From an uncultured cyanobacterium (lineage in GTDB: Bacteria; Cyanobacteriota; Cyanobacteriia; Cyanobacteriales; CAWCAG01): DNA of 64,000 bases. The notes under the pieces are model-generated. The model did not search any database and was not told where the DNA came from. It saw nothing but the letters and a program-made list of their open reading frames with translations. Of this stretch, positions 50,980 through 60,033 are shown piece by piece. Every line of letters begins with the position of its first letter. Within the stretch, counting starts at the first letter, position 1. Both the position numbers and the translations under genes were made by a program. Location of the stretch: NCBI GenBank assembly GCA_963803805.1, contig CAWDOD010000007.1, positions 32,001-96,000 on the forward strand. Direction: 5' to 3'.

Positions 50980-51927
50980 ATGCAGCGAAAATACCTTTCC
51001 TATTTAGGAACATTTTTATTTAGTTCAGGGCTACTGGGTTTAGCCACTTGGACGATTAGCCGCGAACTCAAAAATTATAGCCATCAAGACATACTCCAAA
51101 GCTTCCAAGCCTTACCAAGCGATCGCCTGTTTGGGGCGGTAATTCTCACCATGCTTTGTTATGGAGTAATGACAGGATATGACACCCTAGCAATGCGTTA
51201 TATTCGTCACCCCTTACCTTACCGAAAAACTGCCTTTGCTGCTTTTACTAGCATTGCCATTAGTAATAATATTGGTTTTGCTCTTTTGAGTGGTGGTGCT
51301 ATTCGTTATCGCCTCTATCGCCCCTGGCAGCTATCAAAACTAGAAATTGCTCAAGTCATTGCTTTTGGCAATCTTAGCTTTTGGTTAGGAATGTTAACAG
51401 TGGGGGGAGTTTTATTTATTTTTGTACCTTTGGATGTGCCTCAATTACTAAATTTCCCCCTTGCTTCAATGGATTTATTGGGGGGAATTTGTCTTGCTGT
51501 GGTCACTGGCTACTTCATCTTTAGTATTTTAGCTCGGCATAAAACTTTTCATTGGCGAGGTTCGGTGTTTCGAGTTCCTTCTCTTGCCATTGCCATAACT
51601 CAAATTACTATTGCTACAGTTGATTGGGCTTTGGCTGCTGGAGTTCTTTATCTACTTTTAGATATTGCTTCAGTGTTATCTTACTCTACTTTTTTTGGCA
51701 TTTATTTACTAGCTCAATTAGCTAGAATTATTAGTAGTGTTCCTGCTGGATTGGGCATCTTAGAAACTGTGATGGTATTAATGTTAGCCCCCCAAGTACC
51801 TACAGACAAAGTTTTGGCAGCTTTGCTAGCTTATCGAGGTATTTACTATCTATGCCCTTTCGTCATCGCAAGTATTTTAGTTGGTTGTTACGAACTTCTC
51901 CGCCGTCACCGTAAAAGTAGGATGTAA
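50980..51927 (+). CDS. Lysylphosphatidylglycerol-synthase TM (MprF N-terminal / UPF0104 flippase-like) protein
   Basis: TGYDTLA, GGAIRYRLY, VPAGLGILE and LLAYRGIYY motifs; no synthase domain. Confidence 0.85.
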   Translation: MQRKYLSYLGTFLFSSGLLGLATWTISRELKNYSHQDILQSFQALPSDRLFGAVILTMLCYGVMTGYDTLAMRYIRHPLPYRKTAFAAFTSIAISNNIGFALLSGGAIRYRLYRPWQLSKLEIAQVIAFGNLSFWLGMLTVGGVLFIFVPLDVPQLLNFPLASMDLLGGICLAVVTGYFIFSILARHKTFHWRGSVFRVPSLAIAITQITIATVDWALAAGVLYLLLDIASVLSYSTFFGIYLLAQLARIISSVPAGLGILETVMVLMLAPQVPTDKVLAALLAYRGIYYLCPFVIASILVGCYELLRRHRKSRM

Positions 51928-52018
51928 ATGAAAACCTAATATGCTGGCCCCGGCAGAGTTTCGGTGAACCACAGAAGCAGGTTATTGGGTTACATAAGTA
52001 ATTGACAAAGTGGCCATT

Positions 52019-54196
52019 TCATTGGGCCTTACTTCTGACCGACTTCGTACCGGGCCCTCCGCCTCTACCTCTATTAAGATCCCCCAACAAACTGCTAATA
52101 ATATCCACAGCTTCATCTCCCCTAGTCTCCAAAACTCCCTTCCGTGTACCTCTTCCTCTAGCAATAGAGCGCAACTTCAACAAAGCATCCTTCATCGCAA
52201 CTTCACTAAAAATCACTAACACCTCTGAAACCGTAGTTTCTTCAGCTACAAAAACAAAGCTATCCTTATCAGGGTCAGGAAGTAGCAGAGTTTCCTTTGC
52301 CCCAATTTTATTAGCTGTCTCTGCATACTCTTCATCCCGCAACTCCTGAAGCGAAGAAAATTCGTTAGGATAAAGTACAAATAACTCCCCACGAGGGTCA
52401 ATTAAAATTGCGCTAACAAAGAGTTCCTTATCCTCATTATTAACAATCTTCAATTGAAAGAACTCGTTGAGAGGTATAGAGTTGGTATCCCCGCTTCCAC
52501 GTTGCTGAGAAGAAACAGAACAATATTGAGCCTCTTTTGTACAACTGCCCCGCGCAGTAAATGCTTCTCCTAATATCTCTTTACCGCTTTCGATTTGCAA
52601 CGTTACTCCTACATCTAAGTGAGAAGATCGACCATTAATGGTTGTAGAAATTAGCCTAGCAGCGAGGAGAGATCTTAGCTTGCTGTTAAGACGTTTAATG
52701 GCTTCTTCTATTGTCTCTCCTGCCTTGCCAAAAGAATCGGGGACTACCTCTAAAGCCGGGGAAAATAAGCCGATGCTGCCTTCTGAAGGAACTTCCTTTG
52801 CCCTAACTTGATCGCTATAGCTTGGTGTCATGCGACTGAGAATATACTGCACATTCTCCGGGTAGGGTTCTGCTGCTGTTTGATAGGGGATTGCTTTGAG
52901 GCGTTTTAAGTTTGCAATTGCTTCCCCGGCCGTACTCGCATCTGCCCCTAATGAAGGGTCAAGACCAATTTTCAGCATAAACTCAGCAGGAATAGTCCGT
53001 GCAAACTCCTGTAATAAATCCCCTGGTTTAACATTACCTTCGAGGACTTTGTATCCTGCTTGCAAACCATTGCGAGAAGTTACTTCCACCTTGGCACTGG
53101 AAGAACTAACAAAAATTGCCCCCTCCCCACTAGCTTCTATGGCTTTGCTATCGACTCCTCCTAACCAAAGTTGGGGCTGATTACCTGGAGTGTTGATAAC
53201 TACTGCTTCTGTGGGGGCGACCTGAGATTCTAGTAGGTATACAGGCTGGTTTTGTAATGAAGCTGGTTGGGCTTCACTTTTGGCTATCTGATTTAAAGCC
53301 AGGAGAGCTAAATTACCATTAATCAAGTCAATAGTCTTATCTACATCTGTACTTTGTTGCCAAAGGGATTGAGTAAGTAGATAGGTAAACGCCCCAGCAT
53401 GAAACTCAGGGAAATTATAATCAGCAGCAAGTTGGTTGCGTCGTGCTGATGAAATCGCAACCCCTGTGGCTATACCTTTTTGCCTAAGTTCGGAAAATTC
53501 TGAGGAAGTTAACTTCAAATCTTTTAACAAGCGTTCCTGATATTCTCGCTCTTCGTCCCCAACTTGCTTACCTTCTCCATCTACAGCACGGATTTTAACG
53601 TTGCCCCTTGTCCCCCCTCCAGAATGACAACTATCTAAAACTACAGTTACATTTTCGGTTTTTTGCTTCAACGCATACATGAGAAGAAAGAGGGTGCGTC
53701 CGGTGATATCATTAACCACCTCCTCTTCTAAATCAGATGAGTCATCAGAGGGAACAAAAGTGCTGTTGCGGCGATATTCTGGGTCAGGAGATTCAGGATC
53801 AGCTACTTCCGAACCATGACCAGAAAAATGGAAAACCACCACATCTCCTGGTTTAGCTTGGGCGATTAAATGTTCCTTAAAAGCAGTTAGAATCCCCTGG
53901 CGAGTAGCCTGTTGATCTGTAATAGTCAGGATGTCCTTTGCTTGGAAGCCGAAGCGGTGCATTAAAAGATGTTTTTGTAGTTCTGTATCTTGGACACAAC
54001 CTAAGAGTTGACCAAAACGTTCTGTCTTAGGATAATTATTAATCCCCACCAATAGGGCAAGCTTACGGGGTGTATTCTGAGCTAAAACTTTACCATAACG
54101 AAGGCTTTGGCTTTGCAGTTCAAACTTGCTTAAGCCCAGAGTAGCTAATGCAGAACCAGCAAATTGTAAAAAGTGACGGCGCTTAATCTTTGTCAT
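52019..54196 (-). CDS. Tat-exported caspase-family (C14) peptidase with C-terminal DUF4384-like region
   Basis: KRRHFLQ Tat motif, ALLVGINNY, and HFSGHG / DSCHSG catalytic dyad. The true C-terminus may be frameshifted and end at 51982. Confidence 0.88.
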   Translation of the reverse strand: MTKIKRRHFLQFAGSALATLGLSKFELQSQSLRYGKVLAQNTPRKLALLVGINNYPKTERFGQLLGCVQDTELQKHLLMHRFGFQAKDILTITDQQATRQGILTAFKEHLIAQAKPGDVVVFHFSGHGSEVADPESPDPEYRRNSTFVPSDDSSDLEEEVVNDITGRTLFLLMYALKQKTENVTVVLDSCHSGGGTRGNVKIRAVDGEGKQVGDEEREYQERLLKDLKLTSSEFSELRQKGIATGVAISSARRNQLAADYNFPEFHAGAFTYLLTQSLWQQSTDVDKTIDLINGNLALLALNQIAKSEAQPASLQNQPVYLLESQVAPTEAVVINTPGNQPQLWLGGVDSKAIEASGEGAIFVSSSSAKVEVTSRNGLQAGYKVLEGNVKPGDLLQEFARTIPAEFMLKIGLDPSLGADASTAGEAIANLKRLKAIPYQTAAEPYPENVQYILSRMTPSYSDQVRAKEVPSEGSIGLFSPALEVVPDSFGKAGETIEEAIKRLNSKLRSLLAARLISTTINGRSSHLDVGVTLQIESGKEILGEAFTARGSCTKEAQYCSVSSQQRGSGDTNSIPLNEFFQLKIVNNEDKELFVSAILIDPRGELFVLYPNEFSSLQELRDEEYAETANKIGAKETLLLPDPDKDSFVFVAEETTVSEVLVIFSEVAMKDALLKLRSIARGRGTRKGVLETRGDEAVDIISSLLGDLNRGRGGGPGTKSVRSKAQ

Positions 54197-54297
54197 ATTA
54201 TTTTCTCCTTTAACTAGATAAATAACCTAATCTATATTTCTTAATTTCTCATCAAGTTGTACTGATTTTTTCATTTATAAAAATATATCGTTAAATT

Positions 54298-54466
54298 GGC
54301 GTTGCTGAATGAGTAATGATTTAGGTGATCGCAGGAACAGTAGTTCATCAATTTCTGTAATTTTAGGTATCTCTTCTTCTTCAGATATATCTGGTAGTTC
54401 CACTCCCGCTTCCTCAATCGAGTTCATGATTGTCGTATGGTGAATTTCTGTAACTCGTTCAATTCC
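54298..54466 (-). mobile_element. Internally deleted IS1-family remnant
   Basis: Minus strand 54466-54341 encodes GIERVTEIHHTTIMNSIEEAGVELPDISEEEEIPKITEIDEL, recognised as the cyanobacterial IS1 transposase HTH/DDE junction. It is joined directly to an end ...ATTCAGCAACGCC. Confidence 0.75.
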
Positions 54467-54563
54467 TCATTTTCAAAACTACGACGCTTTTTCATGTCTC
54501 ATTTGAAAATGCTATATGCTTCAGCATCATTTATAAAATTTTTGGTATGGGAGCAACTCAATG

Positions 54564-54725
54564 GGGAGCATCTCAAATTGGTAAATATAGGCTCTGGCCG
54601 TTGACTTGATGAACAAAAAGTTCAAAGAAGCAGCAATAAATGTATTCTTAAAGCTAAGAGCTAATAGCTAAGAGCTAATAGCTAACCTCACAGATCAACT
54701 GTTTCTGCAAAATTGAGATGCTCCC
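54564..54725. mobile_element. 162-bp MITE
   Basis: Perfect 13-bp terminal inverted repeats GGGAGCATCTCAA / TTGAGATGCTCCC, flanked by an 8-bp direct repeat ACTCAATG (54556-54563 and 54726-54733). Confidence 0.9.
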
Positions 54726-55245
54726 ACTCAATGTTCGTTTATTGTTTGTTTTTTAACTTATACAGCTTAATCCATACAGGTTATCAAAATAAATTTTGTA
54801 TCAATTTTGGCAATTGATACAAAATCTTCAAACCTGCCTCTTTTAGGTAATTTTACTCTCGATAATGCCAAGAAAATACTTTGAGCAAGGAATAAACTGA
54901 AAAATTTATTCCTTGCGACAACATTAACGCACACATCAGCTTTTTAGTATTAATTTAGCGTTCTTGAGAGAAAAACAACTTTTGAGAAACCGACTAAAAA
55001 GTCTGAAATACTTTGCAAACGCATTGCGTATTTATAGATCATTTCTCTTTATTGAGTGCTAGACTTTGCTCCCTTTTAAGTTGCTTTAGGGAAGGGGAAA
55101 AGTCATGTTTGTATCTACAGCAAAATTTTTGGTAATTGATATTATCACACAGTCTTATTTAGTCGGTAACGCCATAAATCAAATCCTATCCTTTTCAAAC
55201 CTAAAACACTCAGCATTTACGCAAACGTATTCTTGGTAAGTAAAT

Positions 55246-57696
55246 ATGGCACGTCAAACCTCTAAAAATACAACCAAACTATATTGGCTTTTCCTCAGTA
55301 CTGCTTTGATAGTCAGTGGCAACTTCCGGTTAATTGCTCCTGTTATAGCTGGTACTCAAGCTGGTCAAGAGATTAAAAACACTGCGACGGCAACTTATCT
55401 AGATCCTACAAATCCTCTCAATATTATTAATGCAACTTCTGACACTATCACCATAACCGTAGCGGAGGTTTCAGGTGTTACCGTCACTAATGCTGGTGTT
55501 ACCGATAGTAATGGTGGCAAAATTGCACGGAATGATGAGATTTTTTATGATTACACCGTTACCAACGTAGGTAATGACCCAACTCAATTGTTTATCCCCG
55601 ACGAAGATAATATCAATATCAACGGCCCTGGTACTATCACCTCTGTAGATGCAGACTTAGATGGGGATGGCACATTTGAAACACAAGTTCCTACTGGCGG
55701 ACTAACTACCACTACTCTTGTTGCTGCTGACGATTCAATTCAAGTAAGGGTAACAGTTACTGTTGATAGCAATGCTAACTCTGGAGAAACTATTGCTGTA
55801 CAACTTGGTAACACTCCAACTGATGATGGTACAAGCCAGCCTTTAGTAGATGACGGTGATAGCGACTTACAAACTATTGATGATAGTACTCCTACTCCAG
55901 TTAACGGTGAAAGTGAGACTAGCATCACTCAAGAAGCTACAGTGGAAGCTTCGCCGACAGCGTTAGCGAAAGTCCTCAAGACCCGAACTAACCACGATAA
56001 AGGAGATCCACTCGACATCACAGACGATGTTCTTAGCTATGCTCTTAGTTTACAGGTTGAATCTAGCGATCCCACAGGTACAGGGATCAATCCTGCACCT
56101 CTAGCTGGTATAGATATTAACGTTGATGGTATCGTTGAGGCTCATATCCTGATCTCTGATGCTATTCCTACAGGTACAGAATTAGAAGGTACAGCCGTTG
56201 CACCCAGTGGTTGGATTGCCGTCTATACCGATAGTCCCATTGCGACTGCTGCTGTAAATGTTAACTGGAGAACTAATCCTGCTGATTTAACTGGCCCTGT
56301 AACCCGTGTTGGTTTCATAAATGATACAGTAGCTACTGTTGCCACAGGTCAAACCGTTAGCGGTTTTAATCTCAATTTAGGGGTTATCGCCACGGCAACT
56401 TCACCTTTAAATGTAGCAAACATTGCCCAGGTATTTGGTGCTACTGATGGAGTTCCTGATATCATCATTTATGATGAATCTGGTGACCAAAATCCCAATA
56501 ACTACAACCCTGTTGATGGTACTGTAGATGGTTTCGATGCCCTTACTGACACAGGTTTACTTAATGCTTTAGATTTAACAGCCTTAACTGCTAGCGTCGG
56601 TATTGATACCAACAATAATAACACCGGTGATGGCCCTGGTGGTGAAGCTAGCTTTATTGAAATTGCTTTACCTGCTGTAGGGGATATCTTAAATGGACCC
56701 AAAGATGTTGCTGATGCTATCGGTCCAACGGATAGTAACGATGACTTTACTAACAAATCCACACCGATTATTAAATACACCAAACCTGGTTCTACTATTG
56801 ATCCTGATCCAGTAGACTTTATAAACACCTTTGTTAATACAAGTGGTCAGTCTGCTGATGTCACCTTAGAACCAGTTGCCCCCGCTAATCCCCTTGATCT
56901 ACCGGATCAAACTGTAGTTACCATCACCGCAGTAGATATTCTTACACCCACCAACCCGATTAAATCTGCTACTTACCGGTATGATCAAGCAACAGGAACC
57001 TTTACCCTCACCAATGGTACACCAATTGTCTTTAACAACCCTCTACCTCTAGTGGGTGGTCCTGGTAAAGGCGTACTTCCTAATGTTCCTGTTGCCTACA
57101 ACGTGGAGATCGACTTACCCAGTGATACACCTCTTTCTACCGATACCCTTGAAGATTATACTGGGGATACAGAATTTGGTTTCCCTGTGGGAATCGTCGC
57201 CAAACTAGACACTGACGGTAATGGCACTTTTGAAGCAGAAAATACCACCATCGACAGGGCTTACACCGGCTACCTCAAACTGGAGAAAACCTTCCAAATT
57301 CTCCAAGGAGATGGCCCTACAGTTAGTGATCCTACTGCTCCTCCTGCACCGGGTAACATCATTGAGTACACCGTCAAATACAGTAATATTTCCACTCCTG
57401 GCGGCGGTATAGGCAACATTGGCTTAAATGCAACCACGGTAATTATTACTGAAGATGGTGCTGATGCGGCTATTGAAAATAACTGGGCATTAGATAACGA
57501 TAGCAACGGTGAAATTGATACTAGCCATGTTGTGGGACAAGCAAGTGATAACAACGGCGGTATCGTTACGTACTTTGACCTTGGTGGTAGTGTTCTAGAT
57601 ACAGTAGGTGTAGATATTACAAGATATCTAGACACAATCTCTAATGTTGCCCCTGGTGCATCGGGTGAGTTTACCTTCCAACGCAAAGTCAATTAA
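55246..57696 (+). CDS. Secreted multi-Ig / DUF11-like surface protein, candidate major fibre subunit
   Basis: Signal peptide; N-terminal GQEIKNTATATY; YTVTNVGND, ISDAIPTG and PGNIIEYTVKYSN motifs; C-terminal PGASGEFTFQRKVN; T/D/G-rich. Confidence 0.8.
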   Translation: MARQTSKNTTKLYWLFLSTALIVSGNFRLIAPVIAGTQAGQEIKNTATATYLDPTNPLNIINATSDTITITVAEVSGVTVTNAGVTDSNGGKIARNDEIFYDYTVTNVGNDPTQLFIPDEDNININGPGTITSVDADLDGDGTFETQVPTGGLTTTTLVAADDSIQVRVTVTVDSNANSGETIAVQLGNTPTDDGTSQPLVDDGDSDLQTIDDSTPTPVNGESETSITQEATVEASPTALAKVLKTRTNHDKGDPLDITDDVLSYALSLQVESSDPTGTGINPAPLAGIDINVDGIVEAHILISDAIPTGTELEGTAVAPSGWIAVYTDSPIATAAVNVNWRTNPADLTGPVTRVGFINDTVATVATGQTVSGFNLNLGVIATATSPLNVANIAQVFGATDGVPDIIIYDESGDQNPNNYNPVDGTVDGFDALTDTGLLNALDLTALTASVGIDTNNNNTGDGPGGEASFIEIALPAVGDILNGPKDVADAIGPTDSNDDFTNKSTPIIKYTKPGSTIDPDPVDFINTFVNTSGQSADVTLEPVAPANPLDLPDQTVVTITAVDILTPTNPIKSATYRYDQATGTFTLTNGTPIVFNNPLPLVGGPGKGVLPNVPVAYNVEIDLPSDTPLSTDTLEDYTGDTEFGFPVGIVAKLDTDGNGTFEAENTTIDRAYTGYLKLEKTFQILQGDGPTVSDPTAPPAPGNIIEYTVKYSNISTPGGGIGNIGLNATTVIITEDGADAAIENNWALDNDSNGEIDTSHVVGQASDNNGGIVTYFDLGGSVLDTVGVDITRYLDTISNVAPGASGEFTFQRKVN

Positions 57697-57769
57697 GGCA
57701 TTTTGCTACACCAATTATTGTCGCCTACTTCCCTTCAAAGTACTAATTTGTAACTCACAGAGGTTTATT

Positions 57770-58327
57770 ATGAAACGTTTCTTCCTTAGTCTCAGCGCGA
57801 TCGCCCTTGTTGCTACAGTTCCAGTTTTAGCTAGTTCTCCAGTACAAGCTAGTATCCGTGAAGCAGGAACTAAAATTGCCCAATTTCTTGCTCGTCCTGA
57901 AGTTAAGTTAAACTTAGCCGCAGCTAAGCGTATGGTGAAAGTTGATGATTCTGGCAATGAACAGGTTAACTGGGAAGATATTGCCCAAGAAGCAACGGTT
58001 GTACCGGGGGATGTCCTCCGCTACACAGTCACTGGTGAAAATGCTGGTGATGCCACAGCCAACAACTTTGTGATCACCCAGCCTATTCCTACGCAAACCA
58101 TGTATGTTTTAGATTCAGCAGCTAGTAGTAATAGTGCCACTGTCACCTACAGCATTGATAACGGTACAACCTTCAGTGCAGAACCAACTATTCAAGTAGA
58201 TGATAACGGTACATTGATCGAGCAACCTGCACCGCCTGAGTCTTATACTCACGTTCGTTGGAGCTTTGAGCAGTCTCTAGTGGCTCAAGAAGAGGTGCAA
58301 GCTTCCTACGAAGTAACCATTAAGTAG
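57770..58327 (+). CDS. Small secreted DUF11-like single-domain protein
   Basis: ATG 57770 after an AGAGG RBS; signal peptide; PGDVLRYTVTGENAG, YSIDNG and YTHVRW motifs. Confidence 0.82.
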   Translation: MKRFFLSLSAIALVATVPVLASSPVQASIREAGTKIAQFLARPEVKLNLAAAKRMVKVDDSGNEQVNWEDIAQEATVVPGDVLRYTVTGENAGDATANNFVITQPIPTQTMYVLDSAASSNSATVTYSIDNGTTFSAEPTIQVDDNGTLIEQPAPPESYTHVRWSFEQSLVAQEEVQASYEVTIK

Positions 58328-58463
58328 CAATAGAGAATCACATCAAATCCAGTGTGAATGGGGAACGGGGAACAGGTAATGGGCAATAGTTTTATCCCAA
58401 CTCCCCATCTCCCCATCTCCCCTTCTCCCTAAGCGCTTTAACTAGTTTGAAACTTACTTACCC

Positions 58464-59963
58464 ATGGAAAGAAACAAGCTGCTATTTTCAATTTCCTCTC
58501 AGCACAAGCTATCTACTTTCCTGAATCTTGTAGCAATCTTAGGCTTAGGAACAAGTTTAATAGGCATTGATGCCACCTTAGCTCAAGGTAACATTTCTTT
58601 CCAAAACCAAGCTACCTACACTTATCAAAACTCGGCTAACCAGACTCAGTTACAAGGAGTTTCTAATCAGATTGAAGTTAACACCCTCGACTCATCTTTA
58701 GTTGATCCTTTCGGGCAGGTTTTGGGTTGTAATGGTGAACCCTTGTTAGATTACACAGGCTTTTCCGTTAGCTTATATACTCCTGCTGCCAACGCAACCA
58801 CTGGGACAGAACTAGATCAGTTAGTTCCTTTAACGGCAACAGAGTTACCGGATGTAGCAGGTAATGACCTTACTCAAGGGGTAGAACCTAACATCAGCAA
58901 TGTTAATCCTTTTTCCCTTAGCAATACTACTCAAGGCAAGTATAGCTTCCTCTTAGATAGTAGTAAAGGACAACTGATACCAGGAACAAGCTATATTTTC
59001 GTAGTTAATCCCCCTACTAATTCTAACTATAGTCAGCGACGGGTCAAGATAGAAATACTAGCAAATAATAATGGGAAAGTCAGTTATAGAGCCAGTTCCC
59101 TAGATGGCCAACCTATTACCTCTCAAGGCCAAACTCAAATTGATGACACCCTGGTTAATATCTCTGAAGCCAACAAACAAGGTGTTATCCTAGCTGCTTT
59201 GCAACCTCAATTAGTACTGTGCAACCCTAATCAAATTGAAATTATTAAAACAGGGGATCGCGCTGTTGCTGGACCTGGAGATACGGTACTCTATCGTCTT
59301 ACAGTGAGAAGCAAATCTGATGCGACTCTCAACGCAATTAAGATTAACGATTATTTACCCCCTGGTTTTAAATTTTTACCTAATTCTGTGCGGGGTGAAT
59401 TTCAAGGGCAACCCCTTTCTATCAATGCTACTAACCATGGTAATGAGGTTGACTTTGAAATTGCAGCAAATCTCTCTCCCCAAGGTGTAATCAACCTTGT
59501 TTATGCGGCTCAACTTACTCCTGATTCTTTAAGGGGTTCCGGAGAAAATTCAGCAGTTGTGAATGCTAAGCGTCTTGACAACTCTTTCCAGGTTAAAAAT
59601 GGCCCGGTTATCCATCGTTTGCAAATCAATCCTGGCATTCTTTCTAGTTGCGGCACTTTGCTCGGTCGTGTCTTTGAAGACCATAACTTTGATGGTGAAC
59701 AACAGCCTGGTGAACCTGGCATCCCTAATGCAGTAATTGTGCTTGAGGATGGCAACCGTATCACTACAGATACTAACGGCTTATTTTCCGTGGCTTCGGT
59801 ACTTCCTGGCTATCACACAGGAACTCTGGATCTTACTAGTGTACCTGATTATACTATTGCTCCCAATCACTATTTCCGCGAACGCAATAGCCTCTCACGC
59901 TTAGTTAATCTGGCTCCTGGTGGCATGGTTCGCATGAATTTTGCTGTTACTAAAACAAATTAG
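58464..59963 (+). CDS. Secreted DUF11 plus SdrD B-like domain protein
   Basis: Signal peptide; FQNQATYTY; IIKTGD..GPGDTVLY..DYLPPG..GENSA; GRVFEDHNFDGEQQPGEPGIPNA. Confidence 0.82.
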   Translation: MERNKLLFSISSQHKLSTFLNLVAILGLGTSLIGIDATLAQGNISFQNQATYTYQNSANQTQLQGVSNQIEVNTLDSSLVDPFGQVLGCNGEPLLDYTGFSVSLYTPAANATTGTELDQLVPLTATELPDVAGNDLTQGVEPNISNVNPFSLSNTTQGKYSFLLDSSKGQLIPGTSYIFVVNPPTNSNYSQRRVKIEILANNNGKVSYRASSLDGQPITSQGQTQIDDTLVNISEANKQGVILAALQPQLVLCNPNQIEIIKTGDRAVAGPGDTVLYRLTVRSKSDATLNAIKINDYLPPGFKFLPNSVRGEFQGQPLSINATNHGNEVDFEIAANLSPQGVINLVYAAQLTPDSLRGSGENSAVVNAKRLDNSFQVKNGPVIHRLQINPGILSSCGTLLGRVFEDHNFDGEQQPGEPGIPNAVIVLEDGNRITTDTNGLFSVASVLPGYHTGTLDLTSVPDYTIAPNHYFRERNSLSRLVNLAPGGMVRMNFAVTKTN

Positions 59964-60033
59964 GCAAAAGTCTATAGGCAATAAGCAAAAGTAATTACCT
60001 ATTTAAAATTATTTACCTTGAGGGGAAAGAGTT

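Noticed and set aside
54917-55245. c-di-GMP riboswitch ahead of the fibre operon
   Set aside because: GCAAAC fragments exist, but the GNRA/receptor two-stem GEMM consensus cannot be built.
57644-57769. N-terminal extension of the small DUF11 ORF
   Set aside because: It overlaps the upstream gene; the RBS and signal peptide point to ATG 57770.
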